From assembly GCF_009914755.1 (NCBI RefSeq), contig NC_060935.1: a stretch of DNA of 64,000 bases, one strand, 5' to 3'. The notes beneath the pieces are model-generated. The model ran no database searches. It had not been told where the DNA came from and was given only the letters and a program-made list of their open reading frames with translations. This document shows positions 1 through 15,900 of this stretch, piece after piece. This DNA comes from the human T2T-CHM13v2.0 reference genome, Homo sapiens. The first letter of the stretch is position 1; each line of letters opens with the position of its first letter. Made by a program: the position numbers and the translations under genes.

Positions 1-185
1 AGATCCATATAGACAGAAAGCAGATTAGTGGTTGCCAGGGAGGAATTGGAACTGACTGCCATTAAGCACAGGTTTCTTTCTGGGTTGATGAAGATGTTAC
101 AGAATTAGATATGGTAATGGTTGCACAACATAGTGAATATACTAAAAATCACTGAATTTTACACTTTAAAATTGTGAATTTTAGA

Positions 186-499
<314 letters not shown>

Positions 500-675
500 T
501 TATATTATGTGGATTATAGTGCAAAAAAAAAAAAAAGAAGAAGAAAAGAAAAGAAACAGCACAGTGCTGTGCATCTGTAGTCCCAGCTACTCATGGGGCT
601 GAGGTGGAAAGATTGAGCATAGGAGTTCGAGACCAGCCTTGGTGACATAGACCCTGTCAAAAAAAGAAGAAAATA

Positions 676-978
<303 letters not shown>

Positions 979-1076
979 AAGAAGAAGAAAATAAAATAAG
1001 CTAGAAAAAGAACAAGTTAAGTCCAAAGGAAGGAAATAATGATGAGCAGAAGTTAATGAAATAGAAAACACACAGA

Positions 1077-1372
<296 letters not shown>

Positions 1373-1375
1373 AAA

Positions 1376-1384
<9 letters not shown>

Positions 1385-1434
<50 letters not shown>
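1385..1434. repeat. (CA)n microsatellite, about 24 units
   Basis: Read directly. Confidence 0.95.
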
Positions 1435-1436
<2 letters not shown>

Positions 1437-1524
1437 AGAGAAAAATAGCAAAGCGAAAAGTTGATTCTTTGAAAAAATAATAAAATTGATAAAACCGTAT
1501 CAAGACTGATTAAAAAAAAATACA

Positions 1525-1860
<336 letters not shown>

Positions 1861-1954
1861 TTATGTATTAAGATGATAAAAAGGAGTATTTATTGTGAAC
1901 AACTTTATGGAAATAAATTTGACAACTTGAATGAAATAACCCCTTTTAAAAATG

Positions 1955-2250
1955 TTTTATTTATTATTTATTTTTGAGACAGGGTCTTACTCTCTTGCCC
2001 AAACTGGAGTGCAGTGGCAATCATGGCTCACTCCACCTCTGGGGCTCAGGTGATTCTCCCACTCCAGCCTCAGAAGTAGCTGGGACTACAGGTGGGTGCC
2101 ACCATGCCTGGCTAATTTTTCGTACTTCTTTGTAAAGATGGGGTTTCGCCATGTTTCTTAGGTTGGCCTCGAACTCCTGAGCTCAAGCAATTCACTTGCC
2201 TTGGCCTCCCAAACTGCTGGGAGTACAGGCGTGAACCACTGTGCCTGGCC
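1955..2250 (-). mobile_element. Alu (J-like)
   Basis: Alu consensus, reverse. Confidence 0.8.
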
Positions 2251-2687
2251 AGAATCTTTTAAAAACCACTAGAATGAAGTGGATTTACCAAGGTAACAGG
2301 ATACAAAGTGAATATACAAAAACCATTTCTATTTCTATGTTCTAGCAACAAACAATGGGAAAATGAAAATTTTTTTAAAATCCACTTTTAATAGAATAAA
2401 AACCTTGTTAGGAATAAATTTAGCCAAAGATAAGCAAGACCTCTACACTTAAAACTAGGCTGGGTACCATGGCATATGACTATAGTCCCAGCACTTTGGG
2501 AGGCTGAGGCAGGAGGATCGCTTGAATCCAGGAGTTCCAGACCACAGACCAGCCTGGGTGACATAGTGAGACCCTGTCTCTGCAAACAAAAGGAAACAAA
2601 AAAACACCAGTTTTTAAAAACTAACTAACTCTATATGATTTCAAGCTTTATTGTGAAGCTACACAAATCAAGACAGTGTGATGTTGA

Positions 2688-3053
<366 letters not shown>

Positions 3054-3177
3054 ATGGCCAAATTATTTTTGATGACAGTGCCAACGTAATTAAGTGGGTA
3101 AAAGGTCTTTGAGCAAATGGGGCTGGAACTGTATATCCACCAAAAGTTAGTTTCTTGAAATAAGTTAATAAAATTGA

Positions 3178-3497
3178 GGCTGGGCGCAGTGGCTCACACT
3201 TGTAATCCCAGCACTTTGGGAGGCCGAGGATGGTGGATCACAAGGTCAGGATTTCAAGACCAGCCTGGCCAACATGGTGAAACCCTGTCTCTACTAAAAA
3301 TACAAAAATTAGCTGGGCATGGTGGCGGGCACCTGTAATCCTGGCTACTCAGAAGGATGAGGCAGAGAATTGCTTGAACCCAGGAGGCAGAGGTTGCAGT
3401 GAGCCACGATTGCGCTACTGCACTCCAGCCTGGGCAACAGAGCAAGACTCTGTCTCCAAAAATAAAATAAAATAAAATAAAATAAAATAAAATAAAA
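3178..3497 (+). mobile_element. Alu (S-like) with (AAAAT)n tail
   Basis: Alu consensus. Confidence 0.85.
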
Positions 3498-3738
3498 TGA
3501 AATTGTTAAGTCCCTAGTAAGACTAAGAAAATAGAGAAAATATAAATCCCCAATTATCAGGAATGAAACAGTGAAATTAAAAATAGATCCTAAACCTAAA
3601 TGTAAAAGCTAAAACAATGAAATATCTAGAAAAAAATAGAAAATATTTGTTACTTTGGGGTAGGTAAACATTTCTTAGGACATAAAAAGCAGTAACAAAA
3701 AAAATGATAAATTGGATTTCATCAAAATTTAAAACTTT

Positions 3739-4054
3739 GGGCCGGGTGTGGTGACTGATGCCTGTAATCCTAGCACTTTGGGAGGCCGACACAGGTGGAT
3801 TATGCGAGGTCAGGAGTTTGAGACCAGCCTGGCCAACATGGTGAAATCCTGTCTCTACTAAAAATACAAAAATTAGCTGGGCATGGTGGCACATGCCTGT
3901 AATCCCAGCTACGTGGGAGGCTGAGGTAGGAGAATCGCCTAAACCCAGGAGGCGGAGGTTCCAGGTGAGCCAAGATCACGCCATTGCACTCCAGCCTAGG
4001 CAACAAGAGCAAAACTCCATCACACACACAGACACACACGCACACACACACACA
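3739..4054 (+). mobile_element. Alu (S-like) with (CA)n tail
   Basis: Alu consensus. Confidence 0.85.
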
Positions 4055-4101
4055 TTTTAAAACTTTCGTTCTTCTAAAGATACTATTATGAAAAAAATTC
4101 T

Positions 4102-5117
<1,016 letters not shown>

Positions 5118-5324
5118 CTAAAGTCAAATATATATATATGATATATAATGTAGCAATATGATTCTTTGGCATATAGCCAAGAAAAAATGAAAACCTGCCC
5201 ACACAAAGACTTGTACATGAATGTTTATAACAGCTCCATCCATCAGAGTCTAAAACTGGAAACAACCCAAATGTTCATCAGCTGATAAATGGGATAAATA
5301 CATTTTAGTATATTCACACAATGG

Positions 5325-5628
5325 ATTTTTTTTTTTTTTTTTTTTGAGACGGAGTCTTGCTCTGTCATCCAGGCTAGAGTGTGGTGGCACGATCTCGGCT
5401 CACTGCAACCTCTGCCTCAAAGGTTCAAGCAATTTTCCTGCCTCAGCCTCCTGAGTAGCTGGAATTACAAGCGCGCGTCACCACACCTGGTTAATTTTTT
5501 TTGTATTTTTAGTAGAGACGGGGTTTCCCCATGGTGGTCAGGCTGGTCTTGAACTCCTGACCTCATGATCTGCCCGCCTTGGCTTCCCAAAGTGCTGGGA
5601 TTACAGGTGTGAGCCACTGTGCCCGGCC
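5325..5628 (-). mobile_element. Alu (S-like)
   Basis: Alu consensus; TSD ACACAATGGA. Confidence 0.85.
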
Positions 5629-5672
5629 AATACACAATGGAATATTATTCAGCAACAAAAGTGAATGAACTT

Positions 5673-6225
5673 GGCCAGGCATGGTGGCTCATGCCAGTAA
5701 TCCCAGCACTTTGGGAGGCTGAGGCAGGAAGATTGCTTGAGTCCAGGAGTTCAAGACCATCCTGGGCAACATAACGAGAATTAATTAATTTTTTTTTTTT
5801 CCACATAGAGATGGTGTTTCACTCTGTTGCCCCAGACTGGTCTCAAATTCTCTTGAGCTTAAGCAATCCTCCTGCCTTGGCCTCCCAACATGCTGGGATT
5901 ATAGGCATGAGCCACTGCACTTGGCCCTTATTTTTTTTTGGAGACAGAGTCTTGCTCTGTCACCTAGGCTGGAGTACAGTGGTACAGTCACACCTCATTA
6001 CAGCCTCAACCTACCAGGCTCAAGGGGTCCTCCCCAACGTCAGCCTCCCGAGTAGCTGGAACCACAGGTGCAAGCCGCCACAGTGGGCTAATTTTTAACA
6101 GTTTTTGTAGAGACAAGATTTTGCTATGTTACCTGGGCTGGACTTGAACCCTTGGCCTCAAGCAACCTCCCACCTTGGCCCCCCAAATATTTGGGATTAC
6201 AGGTGTGAACCACCGCACCTGGCCC
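5673..6225. mobile_element. Alu cluster (partial +, monomer -, AluJ -)
   Basis: Alu consensus pieces. Confidence 0.75.
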
Positions 6226-6770
6226 AGTCTCTTATGGATGACAGACTTTTAGGCTATTTATGTTCTTTGCTATTACAAAGAGTTTTATAATAAATAACCT
6301 TACATATGTTATTTTACATATACCAACGTATCTGTAGGATAAATTTCTAGATATAGACTGAAAAGGATAGGTGCATTTATAATTTTGATATATAATGCCA
6401 AATTAGTGTCCTTGGAGTTGTACAAGTGTATACTCCAGCATTGCAGAACTAGAATAGTCAGATCCTGGCCAGCCATTCTCCCGAGAGCATGTGGAGAGGT
6501 GGGCTGGATGGCTCACTGCAATGATGACTGTCTCTACTCTGCACCTCAGAGGACCTCAGCTAAGCACTCCATGGCCAGCCCACTGGAGGCACAGGCTTCA
6601 AAACAGGAAACGAAAAGGGCCTGCTTCTGCAGTTGACAGCTTTGATGCCTTCCTCACTGAGAAGGCCTTAGGAGAAGATGGCTCCTGCCATCAAGGCCAC
6701 ACAACTCCTATGGAGAAGTGACTTAGAGCCCAAAGAGTTGCATTTACAACTCTCACACAAATGATTCTCA

Positions 6771-7436
<666 letters not shown>

Positions 7437-8439
7437 ACCTCAGCCAGCTTTGAGCGCTTACTATGTAGCCAACCTTGTGTTAGGTATACACCAGCAGAGA
7501 TAAAATATTCTCTAGCACTGAAAACAATGAAGCGTATTGTTGTGGCAATGTGACATGCTGTAATAAAACAGAAACAGGTTACCGTGGGAAGCAGAGGGGA
7601 AATCCTTAACTCTCTTCAGGGAAGGCTGCACAGAGTGAAAAACATCCTGCAGTCAAGGGCAGGGCCTGCAGGCATAGGAACCATTGGCGCCTCTAGGTGA
7701 GGTGAAGGGGCATCCACGAGGTCAGGATGGAGGCTCACATCCCAGAGGGAGCTCCTAGGAGATGCCTTTTCCTTCAAGAGACAAAGGACCAAAGTTGGGC
7801 TTAAGAAGGACTCAGATCTCAGATGCCAACACATGGTCTACCATCACTTGTTCACCTGGAGGGCACCCCTACTCGTCCTTACATACTCAGCTGAAGGTTG
7901 TCATAGGCCAGGCCCATGCCTGTCTTGCAGCATTGTTTGAAGTATACTTGCGCGTCTGTTTTCTGTCTCCCTACTACAGTGAGCTCTTGGGGCTTAGGGC
8001 CTGGGGTTCTAATCATTTGCATCTGCCATGACTAGCACAAAGTTATGGTTTTCTAGCTTAGGACTCAGGTGGATAGACTCAGGTGGATAAACTGCGTGGA
8101 AAACCAGGAATCATTTTGAGAATCTCTTGAGTCCCAGAGGTGGCAGTAACCCAAATTGGCCTCAAGCTGGCACTGTTGTAGTTTTCTTCTGTTTCTAGAC
8201 CAGTTCAGAAACTTGCTTCTTTCCTGTGTTGACTTTAGTTTCTTGGTAAATTAGCTCCTTAAACCTTCAAGCTACTAGTGAGTTTGTCTGAGGGTGGATA
8301 AATGTTGCCACACCTGAGTCAATAAAGAATGAATCAGTGTGGCCTTCATAGAGGGGTGTGGTACTGGTAGTTACCATGACAGCCAAAGACACTCGAGAGA
8401 ACTACAAAACGAGGATAGCGGGAAGTGGGAAATGGAGGA

Positions 8440-8990
8440 ATGGAATTGAGGGCAAGTCCCCTCCATGCTTCCTGACAGTGTCTTCCTTGATGTCTCTGCA
8501 GCATCACACCGGTGACCTCTGGGACACTGCTCTGCCTTGGTTCTCCTGCCACTCTGAGCACTCTTCCCCTCTGGTTTGCTGGATCTTCTTCCACCATTTT
8601 CTAGAGAGAATTTTCCCAGGTGCCATGCTTGGTCTTCTCTTTGACTGTCTCTCTTGAATCTTTCATCTGTGCGCATAGGTCAGTTCTATGCAGGTGATTT
8701 CCTTGTCCCCTGGATACTGCCCCTCCCCTGACCTCTCTGCTGGACTTGAGCTCTGTTTCCATTTCCTACCAGATGTTTCCATTTGGTGTCCTGTCGTCAT
8801 CTCAAACCAAGCATGTATAAAATTGAGCCTGTCTTCCCCCTCCCAGTTTCCATTTTTCTTCCCATGGCATCAGCATTCTCTCACCCACCCAAGCTCAAAA
8901 CCTGAGTCATATTTGACACCTCCTCCCCATTCTTCCCTTACCAAATGCAAGTTTTGCCAACTTCTTTTGCAACATCTCTTATAGTTCTTT
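8440..8990 (+). mobile_element. L2 remnant
   Basis: Pyrimidine-rich L2-like motifs (CATCTCAAAC...CATGTATAAAATTGAGC, CACCCAAGCTCAAAACCTG). Confidence 0.55.
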
Positions 8991-8996
8991 GTCCCT

Positions 8997-9311
8997 TTAT
9001 TTTATTTATTTTTATTTTTTTTGAGATGGAGCTTCGCTCTTGTTACCCAGGCTGGAGTGCAGTGGCGCGATCTTGGTTACTGCATCACTGCAACCTCCGC
9101 CTCCCCGGTTCAAGTGATTCTCCTGCCTCAGCCTCCTGAGTAGCTGGAATTACAGGCATGCACCACCACGCCCAGCTAATTTTGTATTTTTAGTAGAGAC
9201 AGGGTTTCTCCACGTTTGTCAGGCTGGTCTCGAACTCCCAACCTCAGGTGATCCACCCGCCTCGGCCTCCCAAAGTGCTGGGATTACAGGCATGAGCCAC
9301 CGCTCCCAGCC
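8997..9311 (-). mobile_element. Alu (S-like)
   Basis: Alu consensus, reverse. Confidence 0.85.
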
Positions 9312-9453
9312 AAATGCTAGTTTTTTATGATTTTATGTGGAAACCTCTGTGGTATATACTTCACAGCTCTGTGCACCTAGCCTGTGGCACACACATAATT
9401 CCCTCCTGCTTGCCTTTGTTCAGCTCATTCCCTTAGTCTAGAACACTATTCTC

Positions 9454-9750
9454 TGGCTGGGTGTGGCAGTTCACTCCTGTAATCCCAATACTTTAGGAGG
9501 CCAAGGCAGGAGGATTATTTGGCCTCAGGTGTTTGAGACCAGCCTGGGCAACATAGCAGGACTATCTCTCTAAAAAAAAAAAAAAATTTTTTTTTAATTA
9601 GCTGTGTATGACACGTGCCTATAGTCCCAGTTACTTGGGAGACCAAGGCAGGAAGATGGCTTGAACCTGGGAGTTTGAGGCTGCAGTGAGCCATGATTGC
9701 ACCACTGTGCTCCAGCTTGGGCAACAGAGCAAGACCCTTTCTCAAAAAAA

Positions 9751-9790
<40 letters not shown>
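9454..9790 (+). mobile_element. Alu (J-like) with A/(TA)n tail
   Basis: Alu consensus. Confidence 0.85.
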
Positions 9791-9960
9791 TGCTTTTTAG
9801 TATTTCTGAAGTGCTGTTCAAACTGAGTGAGGTGGTATAGTAGATGTATCAGGGGTACCTGAAAGCAGCCATAAGCCACATGTGGCACATCTTCCTGGAG
9901 ACTTCATTTTATTTAATTATAAATAATTTCACCTACTTTTATGTTAATACAGCTACTCCA

Positions 9961-10257
<297 letters not shown>

Positions 10258-10699
10258 CTACTCCAGACATATGGAGTAGAATGCAAAATTGATGAAGGAA
10301 ATGACTAAGAACATTCCGCATGGTGCTGTCCCCTACAGTGGGGAGTCTGCATTCGCCCTGCGGTGGAAGGTGGGAAGGTGAGAAACAGGGACCCCTGATT
10401 AGAAGGGGCTAGGTGCAGATGAGGTGCAGCAGGGGGAATACAATGCAGCGGGAGGAAGGTTGCAGTCCCTGTGCTCGAGGCCCCTGCAGCGGGTCCCTGT
10501 CACCCATGGTGCTCTTTCCTTTCTGAGAACTCAGACAATTCAGTGTCTGTGCCACTCCTAGGTTGCCTCGGGAAAGCACTCATATTACATGGTTTTCTAA
10601 CTTGCCACATATGTAGTCCTTATCTCCTCGACAACATTCTTATCCTCCAACATCTGGAGTGCAGGTGCGGGGTGAATTCAGGCCCTGGTGTTTACTGAT

Positions 10700-10850
10700 T
10701 GAGCAAGGCACTTTTCCTCTCAGCCTTGGTTTCCTTATCTGTAAAACATGGATAGTACTTCCCTAATGAGATTGTTCTCAGGATTCAACTAGATAACATG
10801 TGTGCAGCATTTCACATAGCAGATGGCATGGATAGGCACTTAGTAAACAT
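10700..10850 (+). mobile_element. MIR
   Basis: CTCTCAGCCTTGGTTTCCTTATCTGTAAAA MIR core. Confidence 0.7.
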
Positions 10851-11079
10851 CAGAGCCCTCCCAGCAGTGTCAGGCTCTTAGTAAATATCTGATTCTTGAA
10901 TATTCCCATCCCCAAATATATCCCCCTACCTGAGGCTCCTCTCATATTCTCTGCCTCCCTTCCTGTCACAGTGCATGTGTCTACTGAAGGCCACCCTCTT
11001 CCTGTATCCTGGTTCCTGGCCCTCCTCACCCTCACAAAGATCTCACTCACACAACTGCCTCCTCATCTCCGGTAACCTC

Positions 11080-12140
11080 AGGTTCCCTCGCTACTGGATC
11101 TCTCAGATCACTTCTCTCTCTACACTCACTCTGGGGATCTCATCCACTGTTGGAGCTTTCAAGGCCATCTAAAAGATTCCCAAGTTTATATTTTAAACCT
11201 AGAATGCCTCAGAATCCGAGACTTACATATCCACTGCCTATACCCCATGTCCCTTTGGAAGTGGCACAGATACTTCAGCATGTCTAAGATGGAGCTCCAG
11301 ATTCCTGCCCCACCCTTCCCACAAGTCTTCCCATCTTAGTAATGAGAACTCTGTCCTTCCAGTCGCCCAAACCAAAACCTTTGGAGTTATCCTTGGCTCC
11401 TCCCTCTTAAATCCCACAGTCGACCAATAGGCAAGTCCTGCCAGTCAGCTCTTCCTTAAAAATACAGAGCGTACCTGGCCACTTCTGAGCAGTCCACCTC
11501 CCCACGCTGGTCCAGATCACCCTCAGCTCTCATGAGGCCAACTTCAGTAGCCTCCTGAGTGGTTTTGCTACCTCTGTTTTCCCCAGCTCCACAATCTTGT
11601 TTTCCACCAACAGAGTAATGTTTTCGAAACATAAGCTTGACTCTGTCATTTATTGGCTTCAAGCCCTCCAGTATCCTCCCCTCTCACTCAGAATCAAATC
11701 CAGTTTCTTATCATGGCCCTAGGGACCAGCCCGCTGCCTGTCTGCCCTCAATTCCCACTACCCTTCCTCACTCCCTGGCCCCCAGCCTCACTGGCCTCCT
11801 CAGTGCCTTTCCTGGAGCAGGCTGGAAACACTCCTTCCTCAGGAAGCTTCTCCTTGTTGCTCCTTCTGCCTGGAACCCTCAGATGCAGACCTTGCTCCCT
11901 TCCTTCCTTCAAGTCTCTGCTCAAATGCCACCTTAGCAGAGGGCCTTCCCTGACCAGTCTCTCTAACATAGCGCCCCTGGCATCCTTGGACCCTTTCTGA
12001 TCCCAACTCTGATTTTGCTTACTACTGACTGCTACCTGTCATAATTAACTTACGTGTTTGTTTTTGCCCATCTCCTGACCATTAGTAATACCCCAAGGGG
12101 ACCTTTGGTGCCTGGCACATAGTGAGTGCTTAGCAGCTGG
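11080..12140 (+). mobile_element. L2 3' region
   Basis: TGTTGCTCCTTCTGCCTGGAA, GCTCAAATGCCACC, GTGCCTGGCACATAGT L2 3' motifs. Confidence 0.7.
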
Positions 12141-12462
12141 GCAGGAGGTATGGCATAGTCTGGAAGAGGTTAATGCAAGTGGCCCCTGGTCACTGCACTG
12201 CCTCTTGCCTGCTGTGTGCTTTTGGGCAACTTTACTTAACCTTTCTTAGTTTCAGTTCCCCCTCAGTAAAACCTACCTGGAAGGTTTTTTAGGAGGATTC
12301 GAGGTAATACATTTAAAGTACCTGAGACATGATCAGTGCTCAGACGGGGGCTACACAGGCCACTTAGCTGCCCTCTAGGCCTGTTTCCAAGAACTTACTA
12401 GTGCTGCCTCCATCTACCCCCAGGATAGAGGGCTGCCACAGTAGATGAAGGTAACACTATAG

Positions 12463-13172
<710 letters not shown>

Positions 13173-13468
13173 CATCAGTTTCTTACCAAAGCCCCTCAGA
13201 TGATGGTCATGTCTGAGCAGGTCCTGCAAGTTGAGACCCTCGCCAGCCCTGCTTTGGATCAAGGTGGCCCCCGATGTGGGAAGCCAGAGGTGCTTGCTGG
13301 GAATGTATAGATATGTTTGGACTTCATGAGCTATGGACCCCAGGGGTCCTTCTCTGGCAAAGCACCCATGTTTGTGAGGTGGGCACCGCTTAGCAAGGCA
13401 GGTGGCTGGCTAGTCAGGTAGGTTTTCCCTGGCTGCTCCAGAAGGTGAGTCATGAGTAGTTTCCCTGT

Positions 13469-13487
13469 GGGCCACCAGGGGGCACCA
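13469..13487 (+). promoter_or_regulatory. CTCF-binding motif
   Basis: GGGCCACCAGGGGGCACCA closely matches the CTCF core consensus CCACCAGGGGGCGC. Confidence 0.7.
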
Positions 13488-13676
13488 GAGGTCGCTCAGC
13501 TCTTCCGAGGACTTGATCCGTCTCAAGATGACTGTCTCCTCCCTCTTCGGCCTAGGACTTTCTTGAAGGAAAAGAGCTGTAGTGGTGCCTCTCTCATCTC
13601 CTAACTTGCTAGGGACTGCCAGTCAAAGCAGGGCCACAGTAAAGGACTGAAGGTCAGGATTCCAGGCTCAATATTC

Positions 13677-13682
13677 TTTATT
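13677..13682 (-). terminator. POLD4: POLD4 polyadenylation signal AATAAA
   Basis: tttatt on + strand about 425 nt after the stop codon. Confidence 0.8.
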
Positions 13683-14106
13683 GATAAGCATTAGTGAACC
13701 CCTTGCCCTGGGAGCTCAGCCAGTCCTGCTCTCAGATTCCTGGCCTTAGGTGGGAGAGCATCTTTTCCTCATGGATCAACTGTCCATGTCTGACTGTGCC
13801 TAACTTGCCAGATCATGGGTCAGGGAGACAGGCAGCAGGTATTGGAAGGTGATGGCCAGGTCCTTTTCCCCAGTGACCACTCTCCATCTAGAAGCACTCT
13901 GCTTCAGCTGCGCAGGCTCTTCCGGGGACTCTGGGAGCCTGCTGGTTAGATGGAGGAGTTGAGCCTCTGACACCTCCAGGTTCTGCCTGCCAAGGGTTCC
14001 TCCGCAGCCGGGCTGAGCTGAGCAGGAGCAATGGGCTCTCGCTTCTGTCCTGAGGTTCTTGGGTGGTGAGCAAGAGAGCTAAGGGCAGGAGGTCTTACGT
14101 GGTGCC

Positions 14107-14131
14107 TCATAGGGGATAGAGATGCCAGAGA
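14107..14131 (-). CDS. POLD4: POLD4 coding exon 4 (to stop)
   Basis: ccacag|TCTCTGGCATCTCTATCCCCTATGA; SLWHLYPL*. Confidence 0.95.
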
Positions 14132-14339
14132 CTGTGGAAGATGGGGTGGGAGGGAGGGATACCCCAGAGAGAGAGAGAGAGAAACAGAGAATCAGTTGTT
14201 GAGTCCCTGGATCTGATTTCACCAGCTTATTCTTGGCCATGCCCATAGTCCTTGGGAAACCCCTCAGTTCTAAATAGATAGTTCCTTGGGTCCTGGGTGT
14301 ACCTTTGCCCCCCACTAGCTTGTAGAGGTAAGAATTATT

Positions 14340-14668
<329 letters not shown>

Positions 14669-14802
14669 TCATAGAATCTTCTTGCCTGTTCAGCAAGGCC
14701 TTCCAACCCTCCATCCATTTCTCCCTCAGGTCAGGACAGCAGGGTGACAGTGCCTGGAGAAGGCCCTGGCTCCCCTGAAAGCCCTCCCGGCCTGTCTCTG
14801 AC

Positions 14803-14914
14803 CTGCACTGGAAGCGGGGGTCTCCGGGGTGGGTCTTCAGCACCTGCCACACCTCTGGGGGAGGCTCCAAGCCCATCTGCTTGGCCCGACACCAGCGCTG
14901 CAGCCGTGTGATCC
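14803..14914 (-). CDS. POLD4: POLD4 coding exon 3
   Basis: ggcag|GGATCACA...TGCAG|gtcaga; GITRLQRWCRAKQMGLEPPPEVWQVLKTHPGDPRFQC. Confidence 0.95.
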
Positions 14915-15099
14915 CTGCCAGGGTGGGAAGAAGACTCTGGAGACTTGTGGGGGGTGGGGTAGAGTCTGAGCTGGAGAATGTGTGTGTTGGGGGGAGACAG
15001 TTCCTGAGGGTCAGAGTCACGCAAGCGCTTGGGTGACTTCAGAGACGTGTGGGTGACTGGCTGGGAGAGGCGCCTCCGTGGGGCTGGGTGGGTTCTCAC

Positions 15100-15189
15100 C
15101 GGTGCAGGGCCCGTACTGCCAGGCCAGGTCAAACTGCCTCAGCAGCTCCAGCTCCGCTTCCTCCTCGTCGCGGGGCTGGGGCTCCTCCC
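15100..15189 (-). CDS. POLD4: POLD4 coding exon 2
   Basis: ttgcag|GGGAGGAG...TGCACCG|gtgaga; EEPQPRDEEEAELELLRQFDLAWQYGPCT. Confidence 0.95.
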
Positions 15190-15414
15190 CTGCAATGACA
15201 GCTGCTCTTCAGTACGAGGTTGGCTTCAGTCTCCTGCCCCTCACCTCCCAGCCTTCCTCACCACCGCTTTGCCTCTGCCACCCCGCAGCTAGACCTGGTG
15301 TCGGGAGGGGAGGACAGGCCACCTTTCCCTTTCCATCGGCCCCTCCGCCCCTCTAGGGGCCTCCTCTAGGCCCCTCCGTGTCCACTCCTCCTGCCTCCCT
15401 CACACCTCAGAGAC

Positions 15415-15511
15415 CTAGCTCGGGTGCCAGCTCCCCCTTGCTGTGCCCAGCGGGCCCCTCCCTCCTCTTCACAACCGGGTAGGAATCAGTGATGAGCCGC
15501 TTCCGGCCCAT
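15415..15511 (-). CDS. POLD4: POLD4 coding exon 1 (PIP-box/degron KRLITDSY)
   Basis: ATG at 15511, MGRKRLITDSY...ELAPEL-G, phase-1 donor G|GTCTCT. Confidence 0.95.
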
Positions 15512-15649
15512 GGCGGCCACCCAGGCAGGCAGAGAAGGAGGCAACTGCGGGGAAGAGGAGAGACCGGCCAGTGGGCGCGAGAAAGACAGCTGCTGAGAGA
15601 GACAGACGGGGCCAGGCCAGCGGCGGGCAGACAAGATGACCCAGACAAA

Positions 15650-15900
15650 CCGAGAGAGGAAGTCGCCGGGGTCCAGGGAGGGACGCCTCCCCCACCCCCA
15701 AAAGCACGCAAACAGGAAAGACTTCAGCCAATGGCAGGCCGCCTATGCGGGGCGGGGCCCTGGCGCTAGCCAATGGTAGGCAGTGTAGGGTGAGGGGCGG
15801 GGCGGTGCCTCAGCTGTGGGCCGCGGGAGGAGGGGCAGGCTGGGGCGGGGGACCTGTCGGGATGCCCCGACTTCACCACCTTCCCCGGCCCCCATTGGTC
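15650..15900 (-). promoter_or_regulatory. POLD4: POLD4 proximal promoter
   Basis: CCAAT at 15728 and 15770, ATTGG at 15894, GC boxes near 15749, 15794 and 15842, ETS-like GGAAGT near 15658. Confidence 0.75.
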
